DNA of 64,000 bases from Flavobacteriaceae bacterium (GCA_965659555.1 CBFHVY010000002.1:12287-76286); one strand, 5' to 3'; positions 18,136 through 28,406 are shown, counted from the stretch's first letter. Program-made: numbers and translations. Notes: generated by a model from the sequence alone, not told the origin.

Positions 18136-20523
18136 CTATATAAACCCTCCGTTTTGTACTTCGTTACTGTCTCTGTTTCTACGTCTTTTGGCTTTGTTCT
18201 TCCCGTCACCAAATCTGTAGTTAAATCCTAAGAATACCGTTCTACTTTCCCAGTTAAACTGTCCGTTTTGTGCATATGGATTGGTAGAATTAAATTGAAA
18301 CTTCATTCCTCTAAAAATATCATTTACTCTAAAGTTTAATGATCCTTTTCCTTCAAACATGCTATAACTAGCACCCGTGTTAATCATCCACATTGGGTCT
18401 ACATTAAACTGTACTCCTTTTTGAGAACCTCTATACATGGCAAACAATTGTAAACGTAACTTCTTTGAAGCGGTAAAACTATTACTCACACGTGCATTAA
18501 ATACATTATTGTCTACTTCAATTTGTTCTCCATTAGCAATACCATTTTCTGTTTGAGCATAGAAGTCAGAACTTGCATTTACACTCCACCATTTGGCTAA
18601 CTTATAGTTAGACGACAATTCAAAACCATATCTGTCGTTTCCATTAAAGTTGGTAAAACTTAAAATCTGACGGGTATTACTGTTGTCTAATGGATCAGCA
18701 AGTAAGGTTCTAGAGATGTTATCATTTACTCTTCTGTAAAACGTTCCAAATGTTAACGATCCTTTTTTAAGTTTACGGGTATAGTTCACCTCAAATGAAT
18801 TGGTAAATTGAGGTACTAAATCTGGGTTACCTACAGAAGTTATTAAAGGTGTACTCCACTCTCTAATAGGGTTTACTTGTTGAATAGATGGTCTATCAAC
18901 TCTTCTACTATAACTTACTTGAAACTGATTTTTGTCAGAAGCCTTGTAGGTAAAGAACGCTGAAGGATATACGGTAAAAATATCATCGGTTACTTTTTCG
19001 TTTTGTGTACCACTAGTAAAGCTTCCAACAATACTATAGTTTTCTATACGAGCACCTAACTGCATCGATAATTTATCGAAAGAACGCGAATAGTTCACAT
19101 ATGCCGAATAAATATCTCTATCGTAGTCAAATGCAGAGTTTGGTACACCAAACTGATCTGTAATAATGTCGTTAGTGGTTCTGTCTAATCGAACTTCAGC
19201 ACCCAATTCTAATTTGGTTTTGTCTGATAACGGATTGGTAAAATCAACATTCAATAACGTATTGGTTCTATGATTGTCTACATCATTCAAATAATTTAAG
19301 GTGTTGTCTAACGGATTAATGCTTTCTGTGAATATGGCATTTTCTGGCGCCTTGTTGTCTGAAAATGTAGCTTCAAATTCTATCGTTTTCCCTTCTTTTG
19401 CAAAATCATGTTTATAGTTTACGTTGTACACATTGTTTTTATTATTGGTTTCTTGTGTATTCTTAGCATCAAAAAACAATACATTATTATTCGAGATTTT
19501 TACAAAACCATTTCCTAAACCATCAAACCAGTTTTGAGTAGTGTAAAATGAAAGTGTGTTTTGGTCGTCTAAATAAATATCGGCACCTAATTTTAACAAA
19601 TGTGATTGATTGTTATTCATAAAGGTAAAGTTTTGTAGTGATGCGTTGGCATCGGTTCTTTCTACAAAACCATAGTTGTAATTATCACCACCATTGTATC
19701 CGTAGTTCAAGAAGAAGTTTACTTTACCCGTCTTTAAGTTCATATTGGTAGAGGCATTGGTACGACCATAATGTCCGGCAGTTACTCCTACATCAATATT
19801 TCCATTAAAGCCCATGTTGGCATTTTTGTTTAAGATGATATTAATAATACCGCTCATCCCTTCTGGATTGTATTTTGCAGATGGATTGGTAATTAATTCA
19901 ATACTCTTAATAGAGGTTGAAGGGATTTGCTTTAATAATTGAGCAGCAGAAATATTTGTAGGTCTTCCGTCTACAAGTACACGTACATTTTCATTTCCAC
20001 GAAGGCTAATAGCCCCTGTTTGACTATCAACACTTACCGATTGAACATTGTTTAACAATTCAGAAGCACTAGTTCCTGTTGCTGTTAAATCTTTTCCAAC
20101 ATTAATTACTTTACGGTCTACCTTCTGAACTACCGTAGATAGCTCAGCTCTTACCACAACTTCGTCTAGTTTGGCAGCGTCTTCGGTTAATACAATAGTA
20201 CCAAGGTTAAGTTGTTTTGCTTTATTCGTGATGCTGATTTCTTTAGAAATAGTTTTATATCCAATAAATTGTATTTCAACAATACTCTTTCCTTCAGGAA
20301 TGTCTTTAATTTCAAAACTACCAGCATCTGTGGTAATTCCTCCTGTAATGACAGCTTTGGCCATATCGCGAATAACGATGTTTACATAAGGAAGAGGTTC
20401 TTTGGAGGTGTTATCTATAATTTTACCCGATATAACACCAGGTTTTGGGAGTTTGTCTTTGGCTAGTTGAGCAAAAGTGTTCGATGCTACGAAAAGCATA
20501 CATAACATGATTAATTTTTTCAT
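18136..20523 (-). CDS. TonB-dependent receptor / outer-membrane beta-barrel protein with N-terminal carboxypeptidase-like domain
   Basis: Signal peptide, ISGKIID..EPLPYVNI, LDEVVV, plug (LLNNVQSV, IELITNPSAKYNPEG), YSRRVDRP. Confidence 0.9.
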   Translation of the reverse strand: MKKLIMLCMLFVASNTFAQLAKDKLPKPGVISGKIIDNTSKEPLPYVNIVIRDMAKAVITGGITTDAGSFEIKDIPEGKSIVEIQFIGYKTISKEISITNKAKQLNLGTIVLTEDAAKLDEVVVRAELSTVVQKVDRKVINVGKDLTATGTSASELLNNVQSVSVDSQTGAISLRGNENVRVLVDGRPTNISAAQLLKQIPSTSIKSIELITNPSAKYNPEGMSGIINIILNKNANMGFNGNIDVGVTAGHYGRTNASTNMNLKTGKVNFFLNYGYNGGDNYNYGFVERTDANASLQNFTFMNNNQSHLLKLGADIYLDDQNTLSFYTTQNWFDGLGNGFVKISNNNVLFFDAKNTQETNNKNNVYNVNYKHDFAKEGKTIEFEATFSDNKAPENAIFTESINPLDNTLNYLNDVDNHRTNTLLNVDFTNPLSDKTKLELGAEVRLDRTTNDIITDQFGVPNSAFDYDRDIYSAYVNYSRSFDKLSMQLGARIENYSIVGSFTSGTQNEKVTDDIFTVYPSAFFTYKASDKNQFQVSYSRRVDRPSIQQVNPIREWSTPLITSVGNPDLVPQFTNSFEVNYTRKLKKGSLTFGTFYRRVNDNISRTLLADPLDNSNTRQILSFTNFNGNDRYGFELSSNYKLAKWWSVNASSDFYAQTENGIANGEQIEVDNNVFNARVSNSFTASKKLRLQLFAMYRGSQKGVQFNVDPMWMINTGASYSMFEGKGSLNFRVNDIFRGMKFQFNSTNPYAQNGQFNWESRTVFLGFNYRFGDGKNKAKRRRNRDSNEVQNGGFI

Positions 20524-20559
20524 GGGTTGTTTTTTGATTGATTGTTATTGTCCTTAATA

Positions 20560-20585
20560 GACTGCCTATGGTATATTTTTGTTAC
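20560..20585 (-). promoter_or_regulatory. ECF-type promoter for the TonB-dependent receptor
   Basis: - strand GTAAC-N17-AGTC, same geometry as the 10567 and 10639 promoters. Confidence 0.45.
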
Positions 20586-20618
20586 CTTAGTTAACAGTGT
20601 TTAACGTAACCTTAACAT

Positions 20619-20984
20619 ATGTTTAAAACCACCCTCGTACTCGGAGCATCTGAAAATGAAGTGCGTTATTCCAATATGGCTATTCGAAAATTAAGAGCGC
20701 ACAACATTCCTGTAATCGCAGTAGGATTAAGGCCAGGGAAGGTTTTAGATGTGCCTATTGTAACCGATTTTCCTAAAGCAAATGAAGTGCACACGGTAAC
20801 GCTTTATGTCAATCCAGAACGTCAAAAAACATATTACGAACCCATCGTAAAACTTCGTCCTAAACATGTTATTTTTAATCCTGGAACAGAAAATAGAGCT
20901 TTTGAAAAGGTGTTGGAGGCTGAAGGTATAGCCGTAGAAGTAGCCTGTACTTTAGTGTTACTATCGACTAATCAATATGAATAA
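20619..20984 (+). CDS. CoA-binding protein (YccU-like)
   Basis: TLVLGASEN..RYSN, IFNPGTEN, ACTLVLL. Confidence 0.88.
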   Translation: MFKTTLVLGASENEVRYSNMAIRKLRAHNIPVIAVGLRPGKVLDVPIVTDFPKANEVHTVTLYVNPERQKTYYEPIVKLRPKHVIFNPGTENRAFEKVLEAEGIAVEVACTLVLLSTNQYE

Positions 20985-21885
20985 CTTTTCCAGCTTCTGC
21001 TAAACGTACGTTGGCAAACTCTTGAGATGCTTCTTCGTAGAACGCTTGAATATCGTTGTATCTACTCGAATAATGACCAATAACCAAGGTGCCTACATCG
21101 GCGCCTTTGGCAATGCTAGCCGCTTGTTGTGCAGTACTATGCTTGGTTTTTTTTGCCAAGTCTTTTTTGTCGTTTAAAAAAGTCGCCTCATGGTACAGCA
21201 AGGAAACTTCTTTTAGTAAAGGAATCAACGTAGGCTTATATACCGTATCACTACAATAGGCATACGATAACCGTTGGGGAGGATCGAACGTAAGCGTTTC
21301 GTTTTTTATGAGGGTTCCACCACTGGTTTTAAAATCTTTGCCTGCTTTTAAATTGTTGTAGTCGCAGATTTCAATTTCGGGGTATTGTGCAACGCGCTCC
21401 ATGTTTAGGGAACGTGGTTTTAACTTTTCGCGAAATAAAAATCCATTGGTGTACACTCTATGAGACAGGGGTAAGGTATGAACGGTAACCTTATCATCTT
21501 CATAAATTAAAGTGGAGGTTTTTGAGGACAACTCATGAAAACACAACTCGTAATGGACATGAGATTTCGATAGGTTAAGCTGTAATTCAGTCACTTCTTT
21601 CAATCCTTTTGGACCGTAGATGTGAAGCGGTTTCTCTCTGTTTAATATTCCATACGTGCTCAGCAGTCCTATCAATCCGAAGAAATGATCGCCATGTAAA
21701 TGAGAAATAAAAATATGGTCAATTTTGGCAAAACCTACTTTGTATTTACGCATCTGACGTTGGGTGCCTTCACCACAGTCAATTAAAAAATGACGATTAT
21801 TAATTTGTAAGTATTGTGCAGTAGGAAAGGCGTTTGCACGAGGAGTGGCAGAATGACAACCCAAAATAGTGAGGGTTATACTCAT
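20968..21885 (-). CDS. rnz: Ribonuclease Z
   Basis: LIDCGEGTQ, FISHLHGDH, YCSDT, LYHEATF, HSTA, GHYSSRY. Confidence 0.95.
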   Translation of the reverse strand: MSITLTILGCHSATPRANAFPTAQYLQINNRHFLIDCGEGTQRQMRKYKVGFAKIDHIFISHLHGDHFFGLIGLLSTYGILNREKPLHIYGPKGLKEVTELQLNLSKSHVHYELCFHELSSKTSTLIYEDDKVTVHTLPLSHRVYTNGFLFREKLKPRSLNMERVAQYPEIEICDYNNLKAGKDFKTSGGTLIKNETLTFDPPQRLSYAYCSDTVYKPTLIPLLKEVSLLYHEATFLNDKKDLAKKTKHSTAQQAASIAKGADVGTLVIGHYSSRYNDIQAFYEEASQEFANVRLAEAGKVIHID

Positions 21886-22199
21886 TTAATTACCAAACGT
21901 TTAGAAATTAATTCTGTGCTATTTTGAATGGCATAAATATACATCCCATTTTGCAGATCGTTTTTTGAAAATGGAATGTTGTTCTTCCCTTTTTTAAGCA
22001 CTACTTCCTTGCGGTAAACGGTTTTACCAATCACATTTCGCACACTAAAGAGTACCGTTTGGTCAATCGTAGATTCAATTGAAATAGTAGTGTTGTTTAC
22101 AAATGGATTGGGTGCAGCAGTAACCTTACTGAGGCTTTTCTGAGAAAACACAGTAAGGGAAAGCAGTAAAAAAGAAATTAAAAGTAGTCTTTTAACCAT
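21882..22199 (-). CDS. Small T9SS type-A CTD protein (signal peptide plus CTD only)
   Basis: Signal peptide followed by APNPF...GKTVY...LQNGMYIYAI...KRLVIK. Confidence 0.8.
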   Translation of the reverse strand: MVKRLLLISFLLLSLTVFSQKSLSKVTAAPNPFVNNTTISIESTIDQTVLFSVRNVIGKTVYRKEVVLKKGKNNIPFSKNDLQNGMYIYAIQNSTELISKRLVIK

Positions 22200-22216
22200 C
22201 CAATTGTTTTTGTGTA

Positions 22217-22549
22217 TTAAAACCCTAAGTCGCGTTCTATGGCTTCCATTTCAAGGATGTCTTCAGCTTCAATAAGCGTTGGAACCATATTCACTTCTTC
22301 GGGTACGGTATCGATGTCAACATTGGAATAGACTACAACAAATGATGTGCCATGTTCCTTTTTATGACGTGCGATTCTCAAAAATAGTAAATTTTCTTGT
22401 TCAGAAATGTTAATACTTTCTGAAACTTCAATAATAACATGGGTATTGTGAAAAGCAGACAGGTCTTTTTCAAGCGAATTTTCAAAAGAGTATGCGTCCT
22501 CTGCTTCAATAATGAGCTGTACATACGCTGATTTTTGAACAATCTGCAT
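22217..22549 (-). CDS. Hypothetical protein, possibly a degenerate STAS domain
   Basis: 110 aa, ends VPTLIEAEDILEMEAIERDLGF; translationally coupled between pyrB and the CTD gene. Confidence 0.65.
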   Translation of the reverse strand: MQIVQKSAYVQLIIEAEDAYSFENSLEKDLSAFHNTHVIIEVSESINISEQENLLFLRIARHKKEHGTSFVVVYSNVDIDTVPEEVNMVPTLIEAEDILEMEAIERDLGF

Positions 22550-23481
22550 TACTTTCGTTTTATTTGTTGTGCTAGTAAATAGATAACAGCCATTCGTACT
22601 GCAACTCCGTTTTCAACCTGATTAAGTATTATTGATTGGTCTGAGTCTGCAACATCACTCGTAATTTCAACCCCTCTGTTAATAGGTCCTGGATGCATGA
22701 TGGTAATCTTTTTTCCGAGATTATCTAAGAGGTATTTGTTGATGCCAAAAAGTTGGGTATACTCTCTTGTAGATGGAAAATAATTGATATCCATTCGTTC
22801 GTTTTGTACCCGTAATACGTTGGCCACATCACACCATTCTAGTGCTTTTTTGATGTCGGTTTCTACGGTTACGCCTAAGCTCGTAATGTATTTTGGAATT
22901 AAGGTTGTAGGTCCACAGACCTGTACTTCGGCCCCTTGTAGTTGTAGGGCAAAGATGTTTGATAACGCCACTCTTGAATGCAAAATATCGCCAACTATGA
23001 CAATCTTTTTTCCTTTTACACTTCCTAGCTTTTCTTTGATAGAGTAACTGTCTAAAAGGGCTTGCGTAGGATGCTCGTGCGTTCCGTCTCCAGCATTAAT
23101 AATTTTAGCATTGATGTGTTTAGAGAGAAATACTCCTGCACCAACGCTGGCATGACGCATAACTACCATGTCTACTTTCATCGAAAGAATATTGTTTACC
23201 GTATCGATTAAGGTTTCCCCTTTTTTTACCGAAGATTGACTTGCAGAAAAATTGATTACATCTGCTGAGAGTCTCTTTTCTGCGAGTTCAAAAGAGAGTT
23301 TGGTTCGCGTACTGTTTTCAAAAAACAGGTTTGCGATGGTAATGTCTTGTAGTGATGGAACTTTCTTAATAGGCCTATTAATCACTTCTTTAAAATGATT
23401 TGCCGTTTCAAAAATTAGGTGAATATCGTTTGCGTTGAGATATTTTATACCTAAAAGATGTTCTACACTGAGTTGCTTCAT
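22549..23481 (-). CDS. pyrB: Aspartate carbamoyltransferase catalytic subunit
   Basis: FFENSTRT, NAGDGTHEHPTQALLD, HPGPINRG. Confidence 0.97.
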   Translation of the reverse strand: MKQLSVEHLLGIKYLNANDIHLIFETANHFKEVINRPIKKVPSLQDITIANLFFENSTRTKLSFELAEKRLSADVINFSASQSSVKKGETLIDTVNNILSMKVDMVVMRHASVGAGVFLSKHINAKIINAGDGTHEHPTQALLDSYSIKEKLGSVKGKKIVIVGDILHSRVALSNIFALQLQGAEVQVCGPTTLIPKYITSLGVTVETDIKKALEWCDVANVLRVQNERMDINYFPSTREYTQLFGINKYLLDNLGKKITIMHPGPINRGVEITSDVADSDQSIILNQVENGVAVRMAVIYLLAQQIKRK

Positions 23482-23484
23482 AAT

Positions 23485-24024
23485 TTATTGTTCGTCTATA
23501 TAGACTGCATCTTTTGCATGCGTTTCTTTCCAGTTCACCAGAACTTTTTCTTCATTTATAGCGTCCACTTGTCTACCTCTGTAATTGGGTTGTATGGGTA
23601 AATGTCTGCTAAACCTTCGGTCTATAAGTACCAATAACTCAATGGCAGCAGGTCTTCCATACGATTGTAAAGCCGATAGGGCAGAACGTACACTTCGTCC
23701 CGAAAACAAGACATCGTCTATAATGACTACCTTTTTGTTTTCAATTAAAAAATTAATTTCTGTATTGGTTGCTTCTAAGGGTTCTTCTCTACGTCTAAAA
23801 TCGTCTCGGTAAAAGGTAAAATCTAAGAGCCCTAGCGAAAGGTTTTTAATATGGTATTCTTCTTCTAAAAGTGTCGCTAGGCGTTTGGCCAAATACACCC
23901 CACGGGGTTGGAGCCCTATAAGAACAGAATCAGAAAAATCGTTGTGGTTTTCAATTAACTGACAGGCTAATCGATGAAGAATTATTTCAATTTCTTTAGA
24001 GTTTAATAATATCTTTTTGCTCAT
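23485..24024 (-). CDS. pyrR: Pyrimidine regulatory protein / UPRTase PyrR
   Basis: LDFTFYRDD, VVIIDDVLFSGRSVRSAL, LVLIDRRFSRHLPIQ. Confidence 0.93.
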   Translation of the reverse strand: MSKKILLNSKEIEIILHRLACQLIENHNDFSDSVLIGLQPRGVYLAKRLATLLEEEYHIKNLSLGLLDFTFYRDDFRRREEPLEATNTEINFLIENKKVVIIDDVLFSGRSVRSALSALQSYGRPAAIELLVLIDRRFSRHLPIQPNYRGRQVDAINEEKVLVNWKETHAKDAVYIDEQ

Positions 24025-24218
24025 GAGAAATCTATCAGTTTAGCTGATAGCTAAAGTTAAGCAAAACTAAACGAAAAAACTCAATACGCAAAATTAATCC
24101 AAGTAAAAGCATTTCAAATGGCACGATTCTAGTTGTTAATTAAATTGTTGAAAACAAAAGCCATCTTAAATGAGAAGCATCTTTGTTAATAGTACATTTA
24201 AATAGTCTTTCAAAACTA

Positions 24219-25595
24219 ATGCCTATGCCTTTATCTAAGTTTGAGTCTATGTTAAAGACAAATAGTGTGTATTTCTTTGATTTAGTTGAATTTGAGGAGA
24301 TTATTCTTCACTATTTAGACACTGGAAAACATTCACTCGCCAAAAAAGCGGTTACCTTAGGTCTTCAACAGCATCCTTCATCTATAGACCTTAAGTTGTT
24401 GCAAGTAGAAATTCTCATTTTTGACAACAATTTAGAAAAGGCAACACAGTTAGTCAAAAAATTAGAACAACTAGACCCTCATAACGACGAGGTCTATATT
24501 CAGAAGGCGACCATACTTTCCAAAAAAGGAATGCATATGGAAGCTATTCAAAGTCTTCAAATTGCTTTGCTCAAAACAGATGATCAGGTCGATATTTGGT
24601 CGTTAATGGGGATGGAGTATTTGTATTTAGACGATTTTGAAAATGCACGTTTAAACTTCGCAAAATGTATCGATGTCGATTATGAAGATTATTCTGCCTT
24701 GTACAATGTGGTGTATTGTTTTGATATGGAAAAGGATCACGAACAAGCCATTTCATTTTTAAATACATATATCGATAGAAATCCATACTGTGAGGTCGCC
24801 TGGCATCAGTTAGGACGTCAATATTTTATACTCAATATGTTTAAAGAGGCCTTAACGGCCTTCGATTATGCTGTATTAATTGACGAGTCTTTTATTGGAG
24901 GCTACCTCGAAAAAGCAAAAACACTGGAGCAATTAGGTCAGTTTGAAGAAGCCATTGACAATTATTTGGTGACGTTAGAGTTAGACGATCCTACGGCTTT
25001 TGCATATGTACGAATAGGAGAGTGCTACGAAAAATTAGATCGGTTAGATGCTGCTATAGAGTATTATAAAAAAGCAGTGCATGAAGATCCACTTTTAGAT
25101 AAAGGTTGGATTCTTCTTACGGAAGCGTATTATCAAGAAGAAGACTATCAAAAAGCGCTGTACTATACCAATAAAGCCATTAAGATTGATGAAGATAACC
25201 CGCTTTATTGGAGAAAGTATGCCCAAATAAATATGCAACTTAACTTCTTTGAAGAAGCGGCAAACGGATTCCGTCAGTGTCTGTCTTTAAAAGATAACGA
25301 TATTGAAATTTATGTTGCATTATCGGATGTTTTGTTGTTTTTAGGTGAATACAAAGAAGCTATTGCTGTTCTCGAAAATGCAGAGAAATTGTATACCGAT
25401 TTTGCTGAAATTGAATACAGGCTTAGTGGTCTATTTCTCATTTTACAAAATGAAAAAGAAGGAATAGCACATCTAAAAAATGGATTTTCTATAGATTTTG
25501 AATACCACCAAATTATGAAGGAATTACATCCAGTGGTATTTAAATCACCAAAGGTTCAAAAATTATTAGTTGCCTATCGAAAAGCAACACAATAA
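24219..25595 (+). CDS. Tetratricopeptide-repeat protein
   Basis: Multiple TPR-like helical repeats. ATG at 24219 or 24225 preferred over track start 24183. Confidence 0.88.
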   Translation: MPMPLSKFESMLKTNSVYFFDLVEFEEIILHYLDTGKHSLAKKAVTLGLQQHPSSIDLKLLQVEILIFDNNLEKATQLVKKLEQLDPHNDEVYIQKATILSKKGMHMEAIQSLQIALLKTDDQVDIWSLMGMEYLYLDDFENARLNFAKCIDVDYEDYSALYNVVYCFDMEKDHEQAISFLNTYIDRNPYCEVAWHQLGRQYFILNMFKEALTAFDYAVLIDESFIGGYLEKAKTLEQLGQFEEAIDNYLVTLELDDPTAFAYVRIGECYEKLDRLDAAIEYYKKAVHEDPLLDKGWILLTEAYYQEEDYQKALYYTNKAIKIDEDNPLYWRKYAQINMQLNFFEEAANGFRQCLSLKDNDIEIYVALSDVLLFLGEYKEAIAVLENAEKLYTDFAEIEYRLSGLFLILQNEKEGIAHLKNGFSIDFEYHQIMKELHPVVFKSPKVQKLLVAYRKATQ

Positions 25596-25598
25596 GGC

Positions 25599-26357
25599 TT
25601 ATTGATACCAATTTAATTGAACTACTTCAATGTCTTTTTGGGCATCATTGACCAATTGTTTGAATTTAGCCACATCAATCATTCCATTTGTTCCTCGGTA
25701 ATGATAGGGATAGATTTTCTTCGGAGAAAATTCTAGTACCGCACTCGCTGCGCTTTCCACAGTCATGGTATATGGTAAATTCATACAAACAAATGCACGG
25801 TCTATATTTTGTAAAGCTCTCATTTCTGGAATATCTTCCGTATCGCCCGAAAAGTATAAACGTTCACCGGCCAAGGTGAGTACATATCCGTTTCCTCTTC
25901 CTTTAGAATGAAAACGCAGAGCTTCTTCTCTAAGATTGTACATAGGAATTGCTTCCGCTTTTAAGTCTGGTAGATCAATACTGTCACCATTATTTAAAGT
26001 CACTAAGGTTTTTGCAATATCTGCAGGAAGTTTTTCTATGACAGCAGCTGGAGCAATTAAAGTGGTAGCAGTTAAGTCTAACGCTTGTAAAGTTTTTATG
26101 CTCATATGATCGCCATGAATATCTGTAATAAACACCACAGTAGGAGCTGCGTAGTTGGCAAAGGCTTCTTTACCTCCAGTGGGATCGATATAAATGGTGG
26201 TTTTTCCTGAGGTAAGCACAGCAGTAGCATGACTTATTGGGTAAATGTTGAGGGTAGATTCGGTTTCAGTAACCACAGCTGCTTTTTTTTCTTTCGTTTC
26301 ATTACAGCTCATCCATATAACGCTTATCAATAAAATGAGTATACTATTTTTTTTCAT
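25599..26357 (-). CDS. MBL-fold metallo-hydrolase, lipoprotein
   Basis: Lipobox IWMSC, FITDIHGDH, YFSGDTED, MNLPYTM, YPYHY. Likely start ATG 26357. Confidence 0.85.
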   Translation of the reverse strand: MKKNSILILLISVIWMSCNETKEKKAAVVTETESTLNIYPISHATAVLTSGKTTIYIDPTGGKEAFANYAAPTVVFITDIHGDHMSIKTLQALDLTATTLIAPAAVIEKLPADIAKTLVTLNNGDSIDLPDLKAEAIPMYNLREEALRFHSKGRGNGYVLTLAGERLYFSGDTEDIPEMRALQNIDRAFVCMNLPYTMTVESAASAVLEFSPKKIYPYHYRGTNGMIDVAKFKQLVNDAQKDIEVVQLNWYQ

Positions 26358-26464
26358 CGGGAAAGGTTTAAAAGTTAAAACGTAAAGATACGCATAATAA
26401 GCAATCATAGGTACAGCGATATTGTTTCAAAACTTCTATATTCGTAACTAGAAACCAAACAAAC

Positions 26465-27388
26465 ATGAAACGAAAAGTCCAAGATTATATAGTTATTTCT
26501 TTAAAGGGAATGGCTATGGGAGCTGCTGATGTTGTTCCTGGAGTTTCTGGAGGAACAATTGCTTTTATTTCAGGAATATACGAAGAGCTATTAGGTGCTA
26601 TTAGTGCTATTGATGTAAAGTTGTGGAAAACACTTCGAAAAGAGGGACTTAAAGCAGCTTGGACTCAACTCAACGGATCTTTTTTAGTAGCGCTTTTTGC
26701 AGGAATTTTTGTGAGTATTATTTCTTTGGCTAAAGGCATTAAATGGCTACTCGAAAATGAGCCTGTTTTATTGTGGTCTTTCTTTTTTGGTTTGGTTTTA
26801 GCCAGTATCCTTTTTATTGGAAAACAAATTAGCCAATGGAATTACAAAACGGTACTAGCTTTAGTATTGGGGGCAGCGGTTGCGTTTTATATTACCACAC
26901 TCAATCCTTTAGTTTCCGAAAATGCTTCTCCAGTATTTATGTTTATTGCCGGGGCTATTGCCATCTGTGCTATGATACTTCCTGGTATTTCAGGAGCCTT
27001 TATTTTGGTTCTCCTTGGGGCCTATACACCCATTTTAACAGCGGTAAATACTAGAGACCTTTTTACTATTTCTGTAGTTGGACTAGGGGCTATTTTTGGA
27101 TTACTCTCTTTTTCTAAAGTTTTAAAGTGGTTGTTTAAACACTATCACAATACTACTCTGGCGGTATTAACAGGGTTTATTTTAGGATCTCTAAATAAAA
27201 TATGGCCATGGAAAAACACCCTGACCTATCGCTTAAATTCAAAAGGAGTCGAGGTGCCTTTTCAGCAAGAAAGCATTTCCCCTTTTCATTTTAATGGCGA
27301 TGCTCAGTTGGTATACGCCTTACTTTTGGCGTTTTTTGGTTTCGGACTGATTCTAGTATTAGAACGTATTGCAAGCAGAAATACCTAA
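26465..27388 (+). CDS. DUF368 membrane protein (paralog 1)
   Basis: KGMAMGAADVVPGVSGGTIAF, AMILPGISGAFIL. Confidence 0.9.
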   Translation: MKRKVQDYIVISLKGMAMGAADVVPGVSGGTIAFISGIYEELLGAISAIDVKLWKTLRKEGLKAAWTQLNGSFLVALFAGIFVSIISLAKGIKWLLENEPVLLWSFFFGLVLASILFIGKQISQWNYKTVLALVLGAAVAFYITTLNPLVSENASPVFMFIAGAIAICAMILPGISGAFILVLLGAYTPILTAVNTRDLFTISVVGLGAIFGLLSFSKVLKWLFKHYHNTTLAVLTGFILGSLNKIWPWKNTLTYRLNSKGVEVPFQQESISPFHFNGDAQLVYALLLAFFGFGLILVLERIASRNT

Positions 27389-27391
27389 ACT

Positions 27392-28405
27392 ATGGCAGCT
27401 AAAGGAACGTTGATACAACAACTCATCCTTTTTCTAAAAGGACTTGCTATGGGGGCTGCTAATAAAGTTCCCGGAGTTTCTGGCGGTACGGTTTCATTTG
27501 TTTTAGGCTTTTATGAAGAGCTGATTTATTCTTTTCAAAAAATCAACCTAAAGGCTTTAAAACTTGTGCTTAACGGACGTTTTCGTAGCTTTTTTAGGTA
27601 TACCAATGCACGATTTTTATTCCTAATTATGGCTGGAAGCGTGTTTAGCTATTTTAGCATATCACTCGTGTTAGACTATTTGCTGTCGCATTACGAGCGC
27701 TATGTTTGGAGTTGGTTTTTTGGAATGATTATCGGGTCTATTTACTACATCTCTAAAGACTTTAACGATTGGAGCTTTAAAAATATCATCTGGCTGTGTG
27801 TTGGTATTGGTATTGGAATAGGAATTAGCTTAATGACGCCTGCAAAAGAAAACGACAATCTTTGGTTTGTGTTTGTTTGTGGTATTATTGGCGTTTCTGG
27901 CATGACACTCCCAGGACTCTCAGGATCGTTTATTCTTATTTTGTTGGGTAATTATGTCCTTTTACTGGTAGACTCTGTCAATGTGTTATTTGAGGTAATG
28001 ACTCAAGTTATTCGTGGTGATTTTTCATTTGTAAACAATCCAACTCAACTCAGGTATCTTAAAATTATTGGGGTTTTTACAGCAGGCTCTGCTTTTGGTT
28101 TAGTTTCTATTTCACATATTTTGAGCTATGTTTTAAAACGCTACCATCAAATTGTTATGGCAGTGATTATTGGGTTTATTACGGGCTCTTTAGGAATCGT
28201 TTGGCCTTGGAAAGAAAAAGTATTTAAACAAGTTGATGGTACATTTTTACTCGATCAACAAAACAATAAAATTATTGAGAATTACCAACGGTATTTTCCA
28301 GACTTTTCAGCTTCTGAAACTTGGATAGCTATCGGGTATATTGTGGTGGGAATCGCTTTAATTCTCGTTATAGATTACTATGGAAAACATCGAAAAAGAA
28401 ACTAA
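27392..28405 (+). CDS. DUF368 membrane protein (paralog 2)
   Basis: KGLAMGAANKVPGVSGGTV, GMTLPGLSGSFIL. Confidence 0.9.
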   Translation: MAAKGTLIQQLILFLKGLAMGAANKVPGVSGGTVSFVLGFYEELIYSFQKINLKALKLVLNGRFRSFFRYTNARFLFLIMAGSVFSYFSISLVLDYLLSHYERYVWSWFFGMIIGSIYYISKDFNDWSFKNIIWLCVGIGIGIGISLMTPAKENDNLWFVFVCGIIGVSGMTLPGLSGSFILILLGNYVLLLVDSVNVLFEVMTQVIRGDFSFVNNPTQLRYLKIIGVFTAGSAFGLVSISHILSYVLKRYHQIVMAVIIGFITGSLGIVWPWKEKVFKQVDGTFLLDQQNNKIIENYQRYFPDFSASETWIAIGYIVVGIALILVIDYYGKHRKRN

Positions 28406-28406
28406 T

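Noticed and set aside
24025-24180. PyrR-binding attenuator upstream of pyrR-pyrB
   Set aside because: I found no PyrR binding-loop consensus or terminator/antiterminator pair by eye.
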